From an uncultured Methanosarcinales archaeon (GTDB lineage: Archaea; Nanobdellota; Nanobdellia; Woesearchaeales; CAZXZL01): a stretch of DNA of 49,775 bases. This document shows positions 1 to 12,567 of the stretch, in pieces; the first letter of the stretch is position 1; every line of letters starts with the position of its first letter. The stretch lies in the NCBI GenBank assembly GCA_964645415.1, contig CAZXZL010000001.1:1-49775 (forward strand). The letters are read 5' to 3'. Below the pieces are notes generated by a model, which saw only the letters and a list, made by a program, of their open reading frames with translations, had not been told where the DNA came from and did not search any database. The translations under genes were made by a program, and so were the position numbers.

Positions 1-2
1 AA

Positions 3-1463
<1,461 letters not shown>

Positions 1464-1522
1464 TTTTATTTTCAAATTTTATCAAACATTAATTAACATT
1501 GTTTGTTGGACTGTTCTTTTTT

Positions 1523-1595
1523 GGGCTTGTAGCTCAACTGGTAGAGCGTCGCCCTTGCAAGGCGAAGGCTCTGGGTTCAAGTCCCAGCAAGTCCA
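1523..1595 (+). tRNA. tRNA-Ala(TGC) in 16S-23S spacer
   Basis: Acceptor GGGCTTG/CAAGTCC-A with G3-U70; anticodon arm TCGCC-CT-TGC-AA-GGCGA; T arm CTGGG-TTCAAGT-CCCAG. Confidence 0.97.
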
Positions 1596-1666
1596 CTCAT
1601 TTTAGCAATGCCACATGTCAATCATGTGGTATGGTGGATCCTAGAATGTGTCATTACTTCATATTC

Positions 1667-1697
1667 AATGAGGGTCGTGCATAAGTAGATGCTATGA
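1667..1697 (+). other. 5' arm of pre-23S processing stem (pairs with 4611-4641)
   Basis: AATGAGGGTCGTGCATAAGTAGATGCTATGA is complementary to TTATAGCATCTACTTATGAATGACCCTTATT (31 positions, one G.A mismatch, three G-U pairs). Confidence 0.9.
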
Positions 1698-1703
1698 TTT
1701 TTT

Positions 1704-4609
<2,906 letters not shown>

Positions 4610-4610
4610 C

Positions 4611-4641
4611 TTATAGCATCTACTTATGAATGACCCTTATT
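4611..4641 (+). other. 3' arm of pre-23S processing stem
   Basis: Complement of 1667-1697; followed by a T-run (likely terminator). Confidence 0.9.
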
Positions 4642-4847
4642 CTTTTTTTTTTAAATTAATAATTCTTTCATAATCAATTTCTTATAGAGTCATCTATATT
4701 GAGATATGATTTTTCTAAATTTTATCTTTAATTTTTTTGAATCTATTAAGAATTTATTGTGATTTTTTCTATTGTTTTTATTTTTTTTATTAGACAATTT
4801 TTTATAGAATTTCTTTTTTGTTTATTTACTAAGAATAGGAGATTTTT

Positions 4848-6662
4848 ATGGAAAAATTAATGTTAGGTAATGAAGCTATTGCAAGAGGTGCTTATGAATC
4901 AGGAGTTACTGTTGTTACTTCTTATCCAGGTACACCTTCTACTGAAATTGCAGAATCTGTTTCAGATTATGATGAAATTAATGTTGAGTGGTCTGTTAAC
5001 GAAAAAGTTGCTTTAGAAATTGGAATTGGATCTTCTATAGCAGGAGCAAGAACTTTAGTTTCTATGAAACATGTTGGTTTAAATGTTGCTGCAGATCCTT
5101 TTATGTCTTTTTCATATCTTGGTGTTAATGGTGGTCTTGTTATTGTCGTTTCTGATGATCCTGGTCAAAAAAGTTCACAAAATGAACAAGATACAAGACA
5201 TTATGCAAGGTTTGCAAAAATTCCTATTCTTGAACCATCTGATAGTCAAGAATGTAAAGATTTTATTAAAAAAGCTTTTTCAATTAGTGAAGATTTTGAT
5301 ACACCTGTTATTGTTAGAATAAATACGAGAATATCTCATTCAAGATCTATTGTAAAATTAGATAAAAGAATTGATTATAAATTAAAAGACTTTGATAAAA
5401 ATCCTACAAAATATGTTGTAGCTCCTGCTTATTCAAAATTAAGAAGGAAAGTCGTTGAAAAAAGACTTAATAAATTAAAAAAATTTTCTGATTCTACTAA
5501 AATTAATGAAATAGAGTATAATGATAAAAAAATAGGTGTGATTACAAGTAGCACTTCTTATTTGTATTGTAAAGATGTTTTTAAAAATGCTTCTTTTTTG
5601 AAGATAGGTTTTTCTTATCCACTCCCTAAAAATAAAATTAAAGATTTTTGTAATAATTGTGATATTATATATGTCGTTGAAGAACTTGACCCTATTATTG
5701 AAAATCAAATTAAATCTTATGGTATTGAAGTATATGGTAAAGATATTTTTCCAAATATTGGTGAATTCACTCCTAAAATAATTAAAAAATCAATATTAAA
5801 AAGTGAAAAAAGTAATTCTAATTTTAAAATATCTAATTTTATTAATAATCAAAATAAAGGTAATAAGAATAATAATAATGATGATAGTGATAACAACTTT
5901 AAAATTGATAAAAAGTTACCAAAAAGACCACCTGTTTTATGTTCAGGATGTCCTCATAGAGGGGTTTTCTATGTTCTAAATGAACTTGATTTAATTGTTT
6001 CTGGTGATATTGGTTGTTATACTCTTGGAGCTTTTCCTCCTTTAAATTCTATGCATACTTCAATTTGTATGGGTGCTAGTATAGGAATGGCTCAAGGGTT
6101 TGAAAAGGCTCGTGGAAAAGATTTCTCAAAAAAATCAGTTGCTGTAATTGGTGACTCTACTTTTTGGCATTCTGGATTATCTAGTCTTACAAATTTAGTT
6201 TATAATGATAGTTTTTCAACTGTTATTGTTTTAGATAATTCTTCAACTGCTATGACTGGACATCAAGATAATCCTTCTACTGGATATGATATTAATAAAG
6301 ATGAAACAAATAAAATTAATTTTGAAAGTGTTGCAAAATCAATTGGTGTAAAAAATGTTAGTTCAGTAAGTGCTTTTAATTTAGATAAAATAAAAAGTTT
6401 AATCTCTGATTATATTAATAGAGATTCAAGTTCGTTAATTGTTATAAAAGGAGATTGTGTATTACATCATTCAAACAACATTCAGAAAAAATACTCTTTT
6501 GTTGATGAAGAACTTTGTGTTGGTTGTAAAAAATGTATGGATATTGGTTGTCCTGCTATTTCATTTAATAAAAAAGCTATTATTGATAAGTCTCTTTGTT
6601 TAGGTTGTAATGTATGTAACTCTGTTTGTAAATTTAATGCTATTCAGGAGGATAAAAGATGA
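4848..6662 (+). CDS. iorA: Indolepyruvate:ferredoxin oxidoreductase alpha subunit
   Basis: GNEAIARG, YPGTPSTEI, MKHVGLNVAAD, CSGCPHR, GDIGCYTL, TPP-binding GDSTFWHSG and C-terminal 2x[4Fe-4S] motifs; AGGAG SD. Confidence 0.95.
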   Translation: MEKLMLGNEAIARGAYESGVTVVTSYPGTPSTEIAESVSDYDEINVEWSVNEKVALEIGIGSSIAGARTLVSMKHVGLNVAADPFMSFSYLGVNGGLVIVVSDDPGQKSSQNEQDTRHYARFAKIPILEPSDSQECKDFIKKAFSISEDFDTPVIVRINTRISHSRSIVKLDKRIDYKLKDFDKNPTKYVVAPAYSKLRRKVVEKRLNKLKKFSDSTKINEIEYNDKKIGVITSSTSYLYCKDVFKNASFLKIGFSYPLPKNKIKDFCNNCDIIYVVEELDPIIENQIKSYGIEVYGKDIFPNIGEFTPKIIKKSILKSEKSNSNFKISNFINNQNKGNKNNNNDDSDNNFKIDKKLPKRPPVLCSGCPHRGVFYVLNELDLIVSGDIGCYTLGAFPPLNSMHTSICMGASIGMAQGFEKARGKDFSKKSVAVIGDSTFWHSGLSSLTNLVYNDSFSTVIVLDNSSTAMTGHQDNPSTGYDINKDETNKINFESVAKSIGVKNVSSVSAFNLDKIKSLISDYINRDSSSLIVIKGDCVLHHSNNIQKKYSFVDEELCVGCKKCMDIGCPAISFNKKAIIDKSLCLGCNVCNSVCKFNAIQEDKR

Positions 6663-7231
6663 ATATAATTATTTCTGCTGTTGGTGGACAAGGAGCAATA
6701 CTTGCATCAAAAATAATTGGTAAAGTATCAATTCTATCTAATAGAGATGTAAAAATTTCTGAAGTTCATGGCATGGCACAAAGAGGAGGAAGTGTAATTT
6801 GTCATATCAGATATGATGAAGATAAAGTTTATTCTCCAATTGTTGAAAAAGGAAGAGCAGATATTATTTTAGCATTTGAAAAACTTGAAGGCTTTAGAAA
6901 TTTATCTTTTTTAAAACAAAATGGTAAGTTAATTCTTAATGATCATGAAATTGAACCAATGACTGTTAAAAATAATGATGACATTTATCCTAAAAATATT
7001 ATTGATTATTTAAATAAATTAGATTTAGATTTAATTTCAGTAAAAGCAAATAGGATTGCATTTGATATAGGTAATATCAAAATAATGAATGTTATTTTAT
7101 TAGGTATTTTAGCAAATGAAACTAATTTTAAAATAAAATTATGGAGGAAAGCTTTAAAGGAAGTTATTCCTAAAAAATACTTAGATATAAATTTAAAAGC
7201 TTTTGAAGCTGGTTTAAATTATAATAATTAG
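6659..7231 (+). CDS. iorB: Indolepyruvate:ferredoxin oxidoreductase beta subunit
   Basis: VGGQG and SEVHGMAQRGGSV motifs; ATGA overlap with iorA. Confidence 0.95.
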   Translation: MNIIISAVGGQGAILASKIIGKVSILSNRDVKISEVHGMAQRGGSVICHIRYDEDKVYSPIVEKGRADIILAFEKLEGFRNLSFLKQNGKLILNDHEIEPMTVKNNDDIYPKNIIDYLNKLDLDLISVKANRIAFDIGNIKIMNVILLGILANETNFKIKLWRKALKEVIPKKYLDINLKAFEAGLNYNN

Positions 7232-7292
7232 TTTTGAAAGATATATGATTTTTAACTATTTTTAATTATTTTATCTTATTTAAGGTTTTAAA

Positions 7293-7685
7293 ATGAAAGT
7301 TATAAAAGGTATATATGCACTTTGTTTTGAGTTAAAAACTGATTTAAATATAAGAGATTGGAATCTAACTAAAGGTAAATATGTTTATGTTGGTTCTGCT
7401 CAAAATAATCTTTTAAAACGTGTTAAAAGACACATTAAAAAAAATAAAAAGAAACATTGGCATATAGATTATCTTACAACTTTAAATGAGTGTGTTATTA
7501 AAGAAGTCTTTTATTTAGAAAAAAAGAAATTATTTGAAGACGTTATATCATTTATTGTTGGGATTTATGGTGACTCAATAAATAATTTTGGTGCTAGTGA
7601 TTCAAAATATAACTCTCATCTCTTTAGAGTTAAAGATTTTAATTTTTTAGAAAAATATATGTTTATTTTGAATAATAATGACTAA
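7293..7685 (+). CDS. GIY-YIG nuclease family protein (DUF123-like)
   Basis: KGIY...YVYVGSA...RVKRH...HWHIDYL...FGASD...SHLF. Confidence 0.85.
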   Translation: MKVIKGIYALCFELKTDLNIRDWNLTKGKYVYVGSAQNNLLKRVKRHIKKNKKKHWHIDYLTTLNECVIKEVFYLEKKKLFEDVISFIVGIYGDSINNFGASDSKYNSHLFRVKDFNFLEKYMFILNNND

Positions 7686-8766
7686 TCTTTTCTTTTAATT
7701 GATTGAAATTTTCTTCTTCAATTGATTTTCTAATTCTTTTCATTAAATCCATCATAAAATAAATATTATGATATGTTAAATAAATTTGATAAGTATACTC
7801 ATTATTTTTATAAAGATGTCTTAAATAACTTCTTGAATATCTTTTACAAATTTTACACTTACATTCTTCATCTAATGGTTTTTTTGAATATTTATACTCT
7901 GATCTTTTTAAATTATATTTACCTTTCCATGTAAATATAGTTGCATGTCTTGCAATTTTAGTTGGATATATTGAATCAAAAATATCTACTCCTTTATCAA
8001 CTGCTCTTATTATATCAAGTGGATGTCCAATTCCCATCATATATCTTGGCTTATTTTCATCAATCTCTGACAAACATGCTTCTAATAGTTTTTTAGTTAA
8101 ATCTCTATCTTCTCCTATTCTTAATCCACCAATTGAAACACCATCAAAATCTAATGAATTGATATATTTTGCACTTTTCTTTCTTAATTCTTTTTTAAAT
8201 CCACCTTGAGCTATTCCAAATAAAAGTTGATTTGAATCAATTTTATCATGATGTTTTTTACATATCTTTGCCCATTTATGTGTTCTTTCTGTTGATTTTA
8301 TCATCTCTTCTTTTGTATATTTATACAATGGCATATGGTCTAAAACCATTGCTGCATCACTCCCTAATGTATTTTGTATTTCAATTGCTTTTTTTGGAGT
8401 AAGAAAGTGAGATGAACCATCATAAGGACTTTTAAATTTAATTCCATTATCATTTATTTCTTCAAATATTTTTTCCATACTTAAAACTTGAAAACCTCCT
8501 GAATCAGTAAAATTAGATTTTTTCCAGGTAGAGAATTTATGAATCCTGCCATGTTTTTTAATTATATCAAGACCAGGTTTTAAATACATTAATAAAGAAT
8601 TTGAGATAATTGATTGTACTCCAATTTCTTCTAAATCATTCATAGAAAGGAACTTAACAGTTGCTTTTGTTCCAACAGGCATAAAGAATGGTGTATTATA
8701 AGTTCCTGTTTTTGTTGTTAACTTACCTATTCTTCTATTTTTATTTTTTTTAATTAGCTTAAACAT
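7663..8766 (-). CDS. tgt: tRNA-guanine(34) transglycosylase, bacterial-type
   Basis: TPFFMPVGT, DSGGFQVLS, FGIAQGG, PRYMMGIG, DIFD and Zn motif CKCKIC...H; 367 aa with no PUA domain. Confidence 0.93.
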   Translation of the reverse strand: MFKLIKKNKNRRIGKLTTKTGTYNTPFFMPVGTKATVKFLSMNDLEEIGVQSIISNSLLMYLKPGLDIIKKHGRIHKFSTWKKSNFTDSGGFQVLSMEKIFEEINDNGIKFKSPYDGSSHFLTPKKAIEIQNTLGSDAAMVLDHMPLYKYTKEEMIKSTERTHKWAKICKKHHDKIDSNQLLFGIAQGGFKKELRKKSAKYINSLDFDGVSIGGLRIGEDRDLTKKLLEACLSEIDENKPRYMMGIGHPLDIIRAVDKGVDIFDSIYPTKIARHATIFTWKGKYNLKRSEYKYSKKPLDEECKCKICKRYSRSYLRHLYKNNEYTYQIYLTYHNIYFMMDLMKRIRKSIEEENFNQLKEKISHYYSK

Positions 8767-8787
8767 ACTTTTTAAATTTGCTTATTA

Positions 8788-8922
8788 CTTAAATTAGTTT
8801 CCCTCAATTTTTATCAAGATTGACCAGGATGGTACCATTCTAAAGAATGGCACGGGGTTCCTATAGTATTCTATTTATTTCTGATTTTGTTTTTATAAAA
8901 TCCTTTTCTTTAAGATGATTTG
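8788..8922 (-). repeat. Dispersed structured element, core copy a (P1 8832-8853, P2 8804-8823)
   Basis: Minus strand reads boundary motif, TTTATAAA, TAGGAAC, GTGCCATTC-TTTA-GAATGGTAC, TCAATCTT-GATA-AAAATTGA, then a degenerate boundary motif. Strand is my convention. Confidence 0.88.
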
Positions 8923-9050
8923 ATCTCAATTTTTATCAAAATTGGTAAGGATGGTACTATACTTCGTATAGCACGTTAGTTTCTATAATTTTCTAATTAT
9001 TTTTGTTTTCACTTTTATAAACTTCTATTTCTTTTTTTAAGATGATTTTG
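8911..9050 (-). repeat. Dispersed structured element, core copy b (P1 8954-8974, P2 8927-8944), tandem with copy a
   Basis: GTGCTATAC-GAA-GTATAGTAC and CAATTTT-GATA-AAAATTG, bounded by CAAA(A)TCATCTTA motifs. Confidence 0.9.
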
Positions 9051-9061
9051 ATGGACTAACC

Positions 9062-9104
9062 TCGAAGAAGAGAAAACGTAGATGTTTTTCGAAGAAGAGA
9101 TGAT
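9062..9104 (-). repeat. Module C of the element (TCGAAGAAGAGA present twice)
   Basis: Reverse complement of 9062-9083 (ATCTACGTTTTCTCTTCTTCGA) matches 39199-39220 at 21 of 22 nt. Confidence 0.8.
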
Positions 9105-9193
9105 CCTTTATTTATACTTTTATTTTAAATATGAATGTACATCTTTGTTATTTTAAGTTTATTTGTAAATAATGTATAAAAAAAGTTTAAGAT

Positions 9194-9376
9194 ATTCGTT
9201 TTAGCTAAAGAGTATGTATTCGTATAAGTGCAGTGTGTAGGGCAAAAACATCTAAGAGACAAGTAACGATTTGAATTAAACAAAATAAATAGAAATTTAT
9301 AGGAATTACTGTGCCATACGAAGTATGGTACTATCCTGGTCAATCTTGATAAAGATTGAGGGCAAAATCATCTAAG
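9194..9376 (+). repeat. Module B (9194-9256) plus core copy c (P1 9311-9331, P2 9340-9359)
   Basis: AAGTGCAGTGTGTAGGGCAAAAACATCTAAG, then GTGCCATAC-GAA-GTATGGTAC, TCAATCTT-GATA-AAGATTGA and GGGCAAAATCATCTAAG. Confidence 0.9.
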
Positions 9377-9386
9377 AGAATTTGTC

Positions 9387-9406
9387 GACTTTTTTTAAAA
9401 AAAGTC
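9387..9406. terminator. Perfect 20-bp palindrome, possible bidirectional T-tract terminator
   Basis: GAC-T7-A7-GTC gives T7 on both strands; lies between element copy c and the 3' end of the ferredoxin gene. Confidence 0.35.
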
Positions 9407-9487
9407 TCCTTATAATAATTGTAACTGTAATTTTCTAGAAAAAATGGTATGAGAAAGAAAGATAAAAAAAATAAAAAATAAAAAAAT

Positions 9488-9670
9488 CTACTCAATACTA
9501 ATTGCATTTGTTGGACACATATCCTCAGCTTCTTTGTTACAATCAACTTCATCTACTTCTAAACTTTTTGGCTTAGCTTTAGAACCATCTAATTCCCAAT
9601 TATCAGGACAAACAGAAACACATGCACCACATCCTACACAATCATCTTTACTAAAATTTATTTTGACCAT
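9488..9670 (-). CDS. Single-cluster ferredoxin
   Basis: CVGCGACVSVCP...CPTNAI in 60 aa; GAGGTG SD. Confidence 0.9.
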   Translation of the reverse strand: MVKINFSKDDCVGCGACVSVCPDNWELDGSKAKPKSLEVDEVDCNKEAEDMCPTNAISIE

Positions 9671-9812
9671 TATTTACACCTCTTTTCATTAAAACTCCAC
9701 ATTTTGAACAAGGTATGTTATTACATGGAACTCTACCTTCAACTTTTTTTATATTCCCACATTGTGGACATTTACATACCAGCCAATCTTTAGATTTATC
9801 TAAATTTGACAT
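9651..9812 (-). CDS. Small Cys-rich metal-binding protein (53 aa, not in ORF track)
   Basis: Manual translation MSNLDKSKDWLVCKCPQCGNIKKVEGRVPCNNIPCSKCGVLMKRGVNNGQNKF; CxCPxCG...PC...CxxCGxxMxR pattern. Confidence 0.8.
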   Translation of the reverse strand: MSNLDKSKDWLVCKCPQCGNIKKVEGRVPCNNIPCSKCGVLMKRGVNNGQNKF

Positions 9813-9907
9813 GTTTTTAATTCAAATCAAAATTATTTAAATGTTGTGTATATGTTATTAGTAAATACACAAAAAGATTATTAAGTAACTATTTTTTCTT
9901 GGTCTTG

Positions 9908-11869
9908 ATGATTTCAAGAGACTATGTTAAGAACTTTAAAGAACTTATTGAAGATGAGAGACAGAATGATATAAAAACTCATAGAGAAGAAATATCAAAA
10001 ATTTCTGGTATAGAAAGAGAAAAAAGAGGTAGAGCAATTATTGGACTGAATGTAAAAAAAATTAAAAAAAGAGGTTCAGTAAACTATAAATTATTCAAAG
10101 AAGATAAAAAACTCCCTTTTACAAAAATAGGTGAAGGTGATGTTGTATTAGTTTCAGTTAAAAATCCAAAAAATGAAGGAATAGAAACAACAGTTATTGA
10201 AAAAAGTAAAAAGTATATTATGCTTGAATTTAATTCATCACAAATAAAAATAGATAGAGCTATTAAATCTAATAAAAAATTAAGAGTTGATCTATATATT
10301 AATGATACTACATATCAAAGAATGATAAATTCTTTAAATTATTTCGATCGTAAAAGACCAAAATTAAAAGATGTTATTTTATTAAAAAGAAAACCTAATA
10401 TTGATTTTAAAAAAGATACTTCTCATATTGAAAGCTTAAATTTCTTTAATAAACTTAATGAGTCTCAAAAATTAGCTCTAATTAATTCAGAAAAAGAAGA
10501 AGAACTATTCTTTATACAAGGACCCCCTGGAACAGGAAAAACACAAGTTGCTGCAGGAATAATCCTTTCAAATATTTTAAAAGGAAATAAGATACTAGTT
10601 ACTGCTGAATCTAATAATGCAGTTGATAATTTATTGAAGAGAACTTATAGATTGATGAAAGATTATAAAGAAGGAGATTTAGTTAGATTAGGTCATACTT
10701 CAAGAATCTCAAGAGGACTTAAAAAATTTTCGCTAAAAAATATTGAAAAAAAGAAGATATCTATAGAAGAAAAAAACCTAACAAAAAGAATTGAAGATTT
10801 AATTGATAAAAGAGAAAACTACATTAAACCAACAAAAAAAATTAGAGAAGGATTATCTAATTTTCAAATAAAAAAGTTTGCCGAAAGAGATCAATCTTTT
10901 GGATCAATTGATTCAAAATCTATGAAGTCTATGTCAAATTGGATTAAAACTCATCAAAAAATATCTTCGTTAATTAATAAAAAAAATAAAAAATTTTCAA
11001 AAAAAGATAGGAAAATCATTGATAATGCAAAAGTTATTTTCTCTACAAATTCTACTTCTCATACATTAATAGAAAGATATAGTGATATAAAATTCGACTT
11101 ACTTGTTAGTGATGAAGCTTCCCAAGCAGTTGAACCTTCTTCATTAATTCCAATGAACTTCTCTGATAAAGCAATATTTATAGGTGATCATAAACAACTT
11201 CCTCCAACTGTTAGTAATCCTGGAGAATTATCTAAAAGTTTATTTGAAAGATTATTTGGTAAAGTAAGATATGTTTTACTTGATACACAATATAGAATGA
11301 ATGATAAAATAATGCAATTTTCTAATCAAGAATTTTATGAGAATAGATTAAAATCACATAGAAGTGTAAAAAATGCTAAATTAGAAAAAAACTTATTTGA
11401 TCAACCAATTGTATTAATTGACTTAAAATCTAAAGAGAAGACTTTTAAAAGTTCAAACTCTTATTATAATCCTAAAGAAGCTGAAAAGTCAATAGAACTT
11501 GTAAAAAAATATCACGAATTAGGTTATAAAGATATAGGTATAATAACTCCTTATGTAGATCAAATTAGATATATATTAGATAATCTAAGTAATGAATTAT
11601 CTGAAATTGTAGAAGTTGATTCAGTAGATGGATTTCAAGGTAGAGAAAAAGATATAATTATTATGAGTTTAGTTAGATCTAATACAAAAAATAATATTGG
11701 ATTCTTAAAAGACATTAGAAGATTAAATGTAGGTTTAACAAGAGCAAAAAGACAAATTGTAATTATTTCTAATATTAAAACTTTAAAAACAAATGAAACC
11801 TATTCTAATTTAATTGATTATATTAAAAATCAAGGAGAAATAAAAAAAGTAGAATTAGTTTCTGAATAA
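9908..11869 (+). CDS. SF1 helicase, Upf1/IGHMBP2-like
   Basis: QGPPGTGKT, SNNAVDNL, DEASQ, GDHKQLPP, QYRM, VDGFQGREKD and RLNVGLTRAK. Confidence 0.93.
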   Translation: MISRDYVKNFKELIEDERQNDIKTHREEISKISGIEREKRGRAIIGLNVKKIKKRGSVNYKLFKEDKKLPFTKIGEGDVVLVSVKNPKNEGIETTVIEKSKKYIMLEFNSSQIKIDRAIKSNKKLRVDLYINDTTYQRMINSLNYFDRKRPKLKDVILLKRKPNIDFKKDTSHIESLNFFNKLNESQKLALINSEKEEELFFIQGPPGTGKTQVAAGIILSNILKGNKILVTAESNNAVDNLLKRTYRLMKDYKEGDLVRLGHTSRISRGLKKFSLKNIEKKKISIEEKNLTKRIEDLIDKRENYIKPTKKIREGLSNFQIKKFAERDQSFGSIDSKSMKSMSNWIKTHQKISSLINKKNKKFSKKDRKIIDNAKVIFSTNSTSHTLIERYSDIKFDLLVSDEASQAVEPSSLIPMNFSDKAIFIGDHKQLPPTVSNPGELSKSLFERLFGKVRYVLLDTQYRMNDKIMQFSNQEFYENRLKSHRSVKNAKLEKNLFDQPIVLIDLKSKEKTFKSSNSYYNPKEAEKSIELVKKYHELGYKDIGIITPYVDQIRYILDNLSNELSEIVEVDSVDGFQGREKDIIIMSLVRSNTKNNIGFLKDIRRLNVGLTRAKRQIVIISNIKTLKTNETYSNLIDYIKNQGEIKKVELVSE

Positions 11870-11900
11870 ATTTTTTATATAATCTAATAAGTTTTTATGT

Positions 11901-12491
11901 ATGAAAAAGAGACTTGAAAAAAATAATCTTTTAACAAGAAAAATATTACATATTTCTTTTGGTATTTTTATGATTTTATTTTATTGGTTTTTTTCTAAAG
12001 AATTTGTTTTAGGTTTTAATCTTTTATTATTTAGCTTTTCTTTAATGTTTAGTCAATACTTAAAAAAACACGAATTTCCATTCTTTTCTTGGTTAGTTGA
12101 TAATTTTTCTAAAGAAGATGAAGAACCTTTAATGGGTTTTATATACTTTCTTGTTGGTGCAAGTTTGTCTATTTATTTTTTTGAAAAACAAATAGCTTTA
12201 GCGAGTATATCAATATTAAGTTTTGGTGATTCTTTTAGTTCAATTTTTGGTAGAGAAGGTAATCTAAAATTAGATATGAGTGATAAAAACCTTGAAGGAA
12301 TAATTATTGGAATGATAGTAGCTACATTAGTTTCTCAATTTTTTGTTGGATTAAATACTGCTTTTTTTGGTTCATTTTTTGGTATGTTTGCAGAGTATAT
12401 AGATTTAAAAACAAAATTTGAAATGGATGATAATATAATGATTTGCTTAGTTTCAGGAATTGCAATGAATATTCATTATATCTTATTTTAA
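11901..12491 (+). CDS. SEC59/DGK1/VTE5-family (dolichol/phytol kinase-like) membrane protein
   Basis: RKILH, GDSFSSIFG, KNLEG and DDN motifs; multiple TM segments. Confidence 0.82.
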   Translation: MKKRLEKNNLLTRKILHISFGIFMILFYWFFSKEFVLGFNLLLFSFSLMFSQYLKKHEFPFFSWLVDNFSKEDEEPLMGFIYFLVGASLSIYFFEKQIALASISILSFGDSFSSIFGREGNLKLDMSDKNLEGIIIGMIVATLVSQFFVGLNTAFFGSFFGMFAEYIDLKTKFEMDDNIMICLVSGIAMNIHYILF

Positions 12492-12567
12492 AGTACTTTA
12501 ATTTATCTCAATAACTATTAAATAATAGTAACGATATTTTTTAATAATATAGATGGGGTTTTAGTAT

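Noticed and set aside
4642..4847. 5S rRNA expected after 23S
   Set aside because: Only AT-rich sequence is present; an unlinked 5S is common in archaea
8767..8870. preQ1 riboswitch upstream of tgt (AAACTAA on the minus strand)
   Set aside because: No preQ1-I stem-loop precedes it, and the same element occurs beside unrelated genes and between convergent 3' ends
9040..9260. Replication origin (inverted repeats around an AT-rich core)
   Set aside because: No ORB consensus or G-string, no adjacent orc1/cdc6, and the repeats recur at other loci
8788..9376. CRISPR array interpretation of the repeats
   Set aside because: The boundary motif is only about 13 nt, spacing is irregular, the intervening segments are homologous rather than unique, and there are no cas genes
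9243..9376. Integron attC, dif site or C/D-box sRNA reading of ATCTAA / TTAGATGA
   Set aside because: Lacks the invariant AAC/GTT of attC, the 11-6-11 dif symmetry, and a full RTGATGA box C with CTGA box D
9125..9552. ORFs 9125-9343 and 9340-9552 (also 32481-32687)
   Set aside because: They read through the non-coding element, frames are not conserved between copies, and there are no motifs
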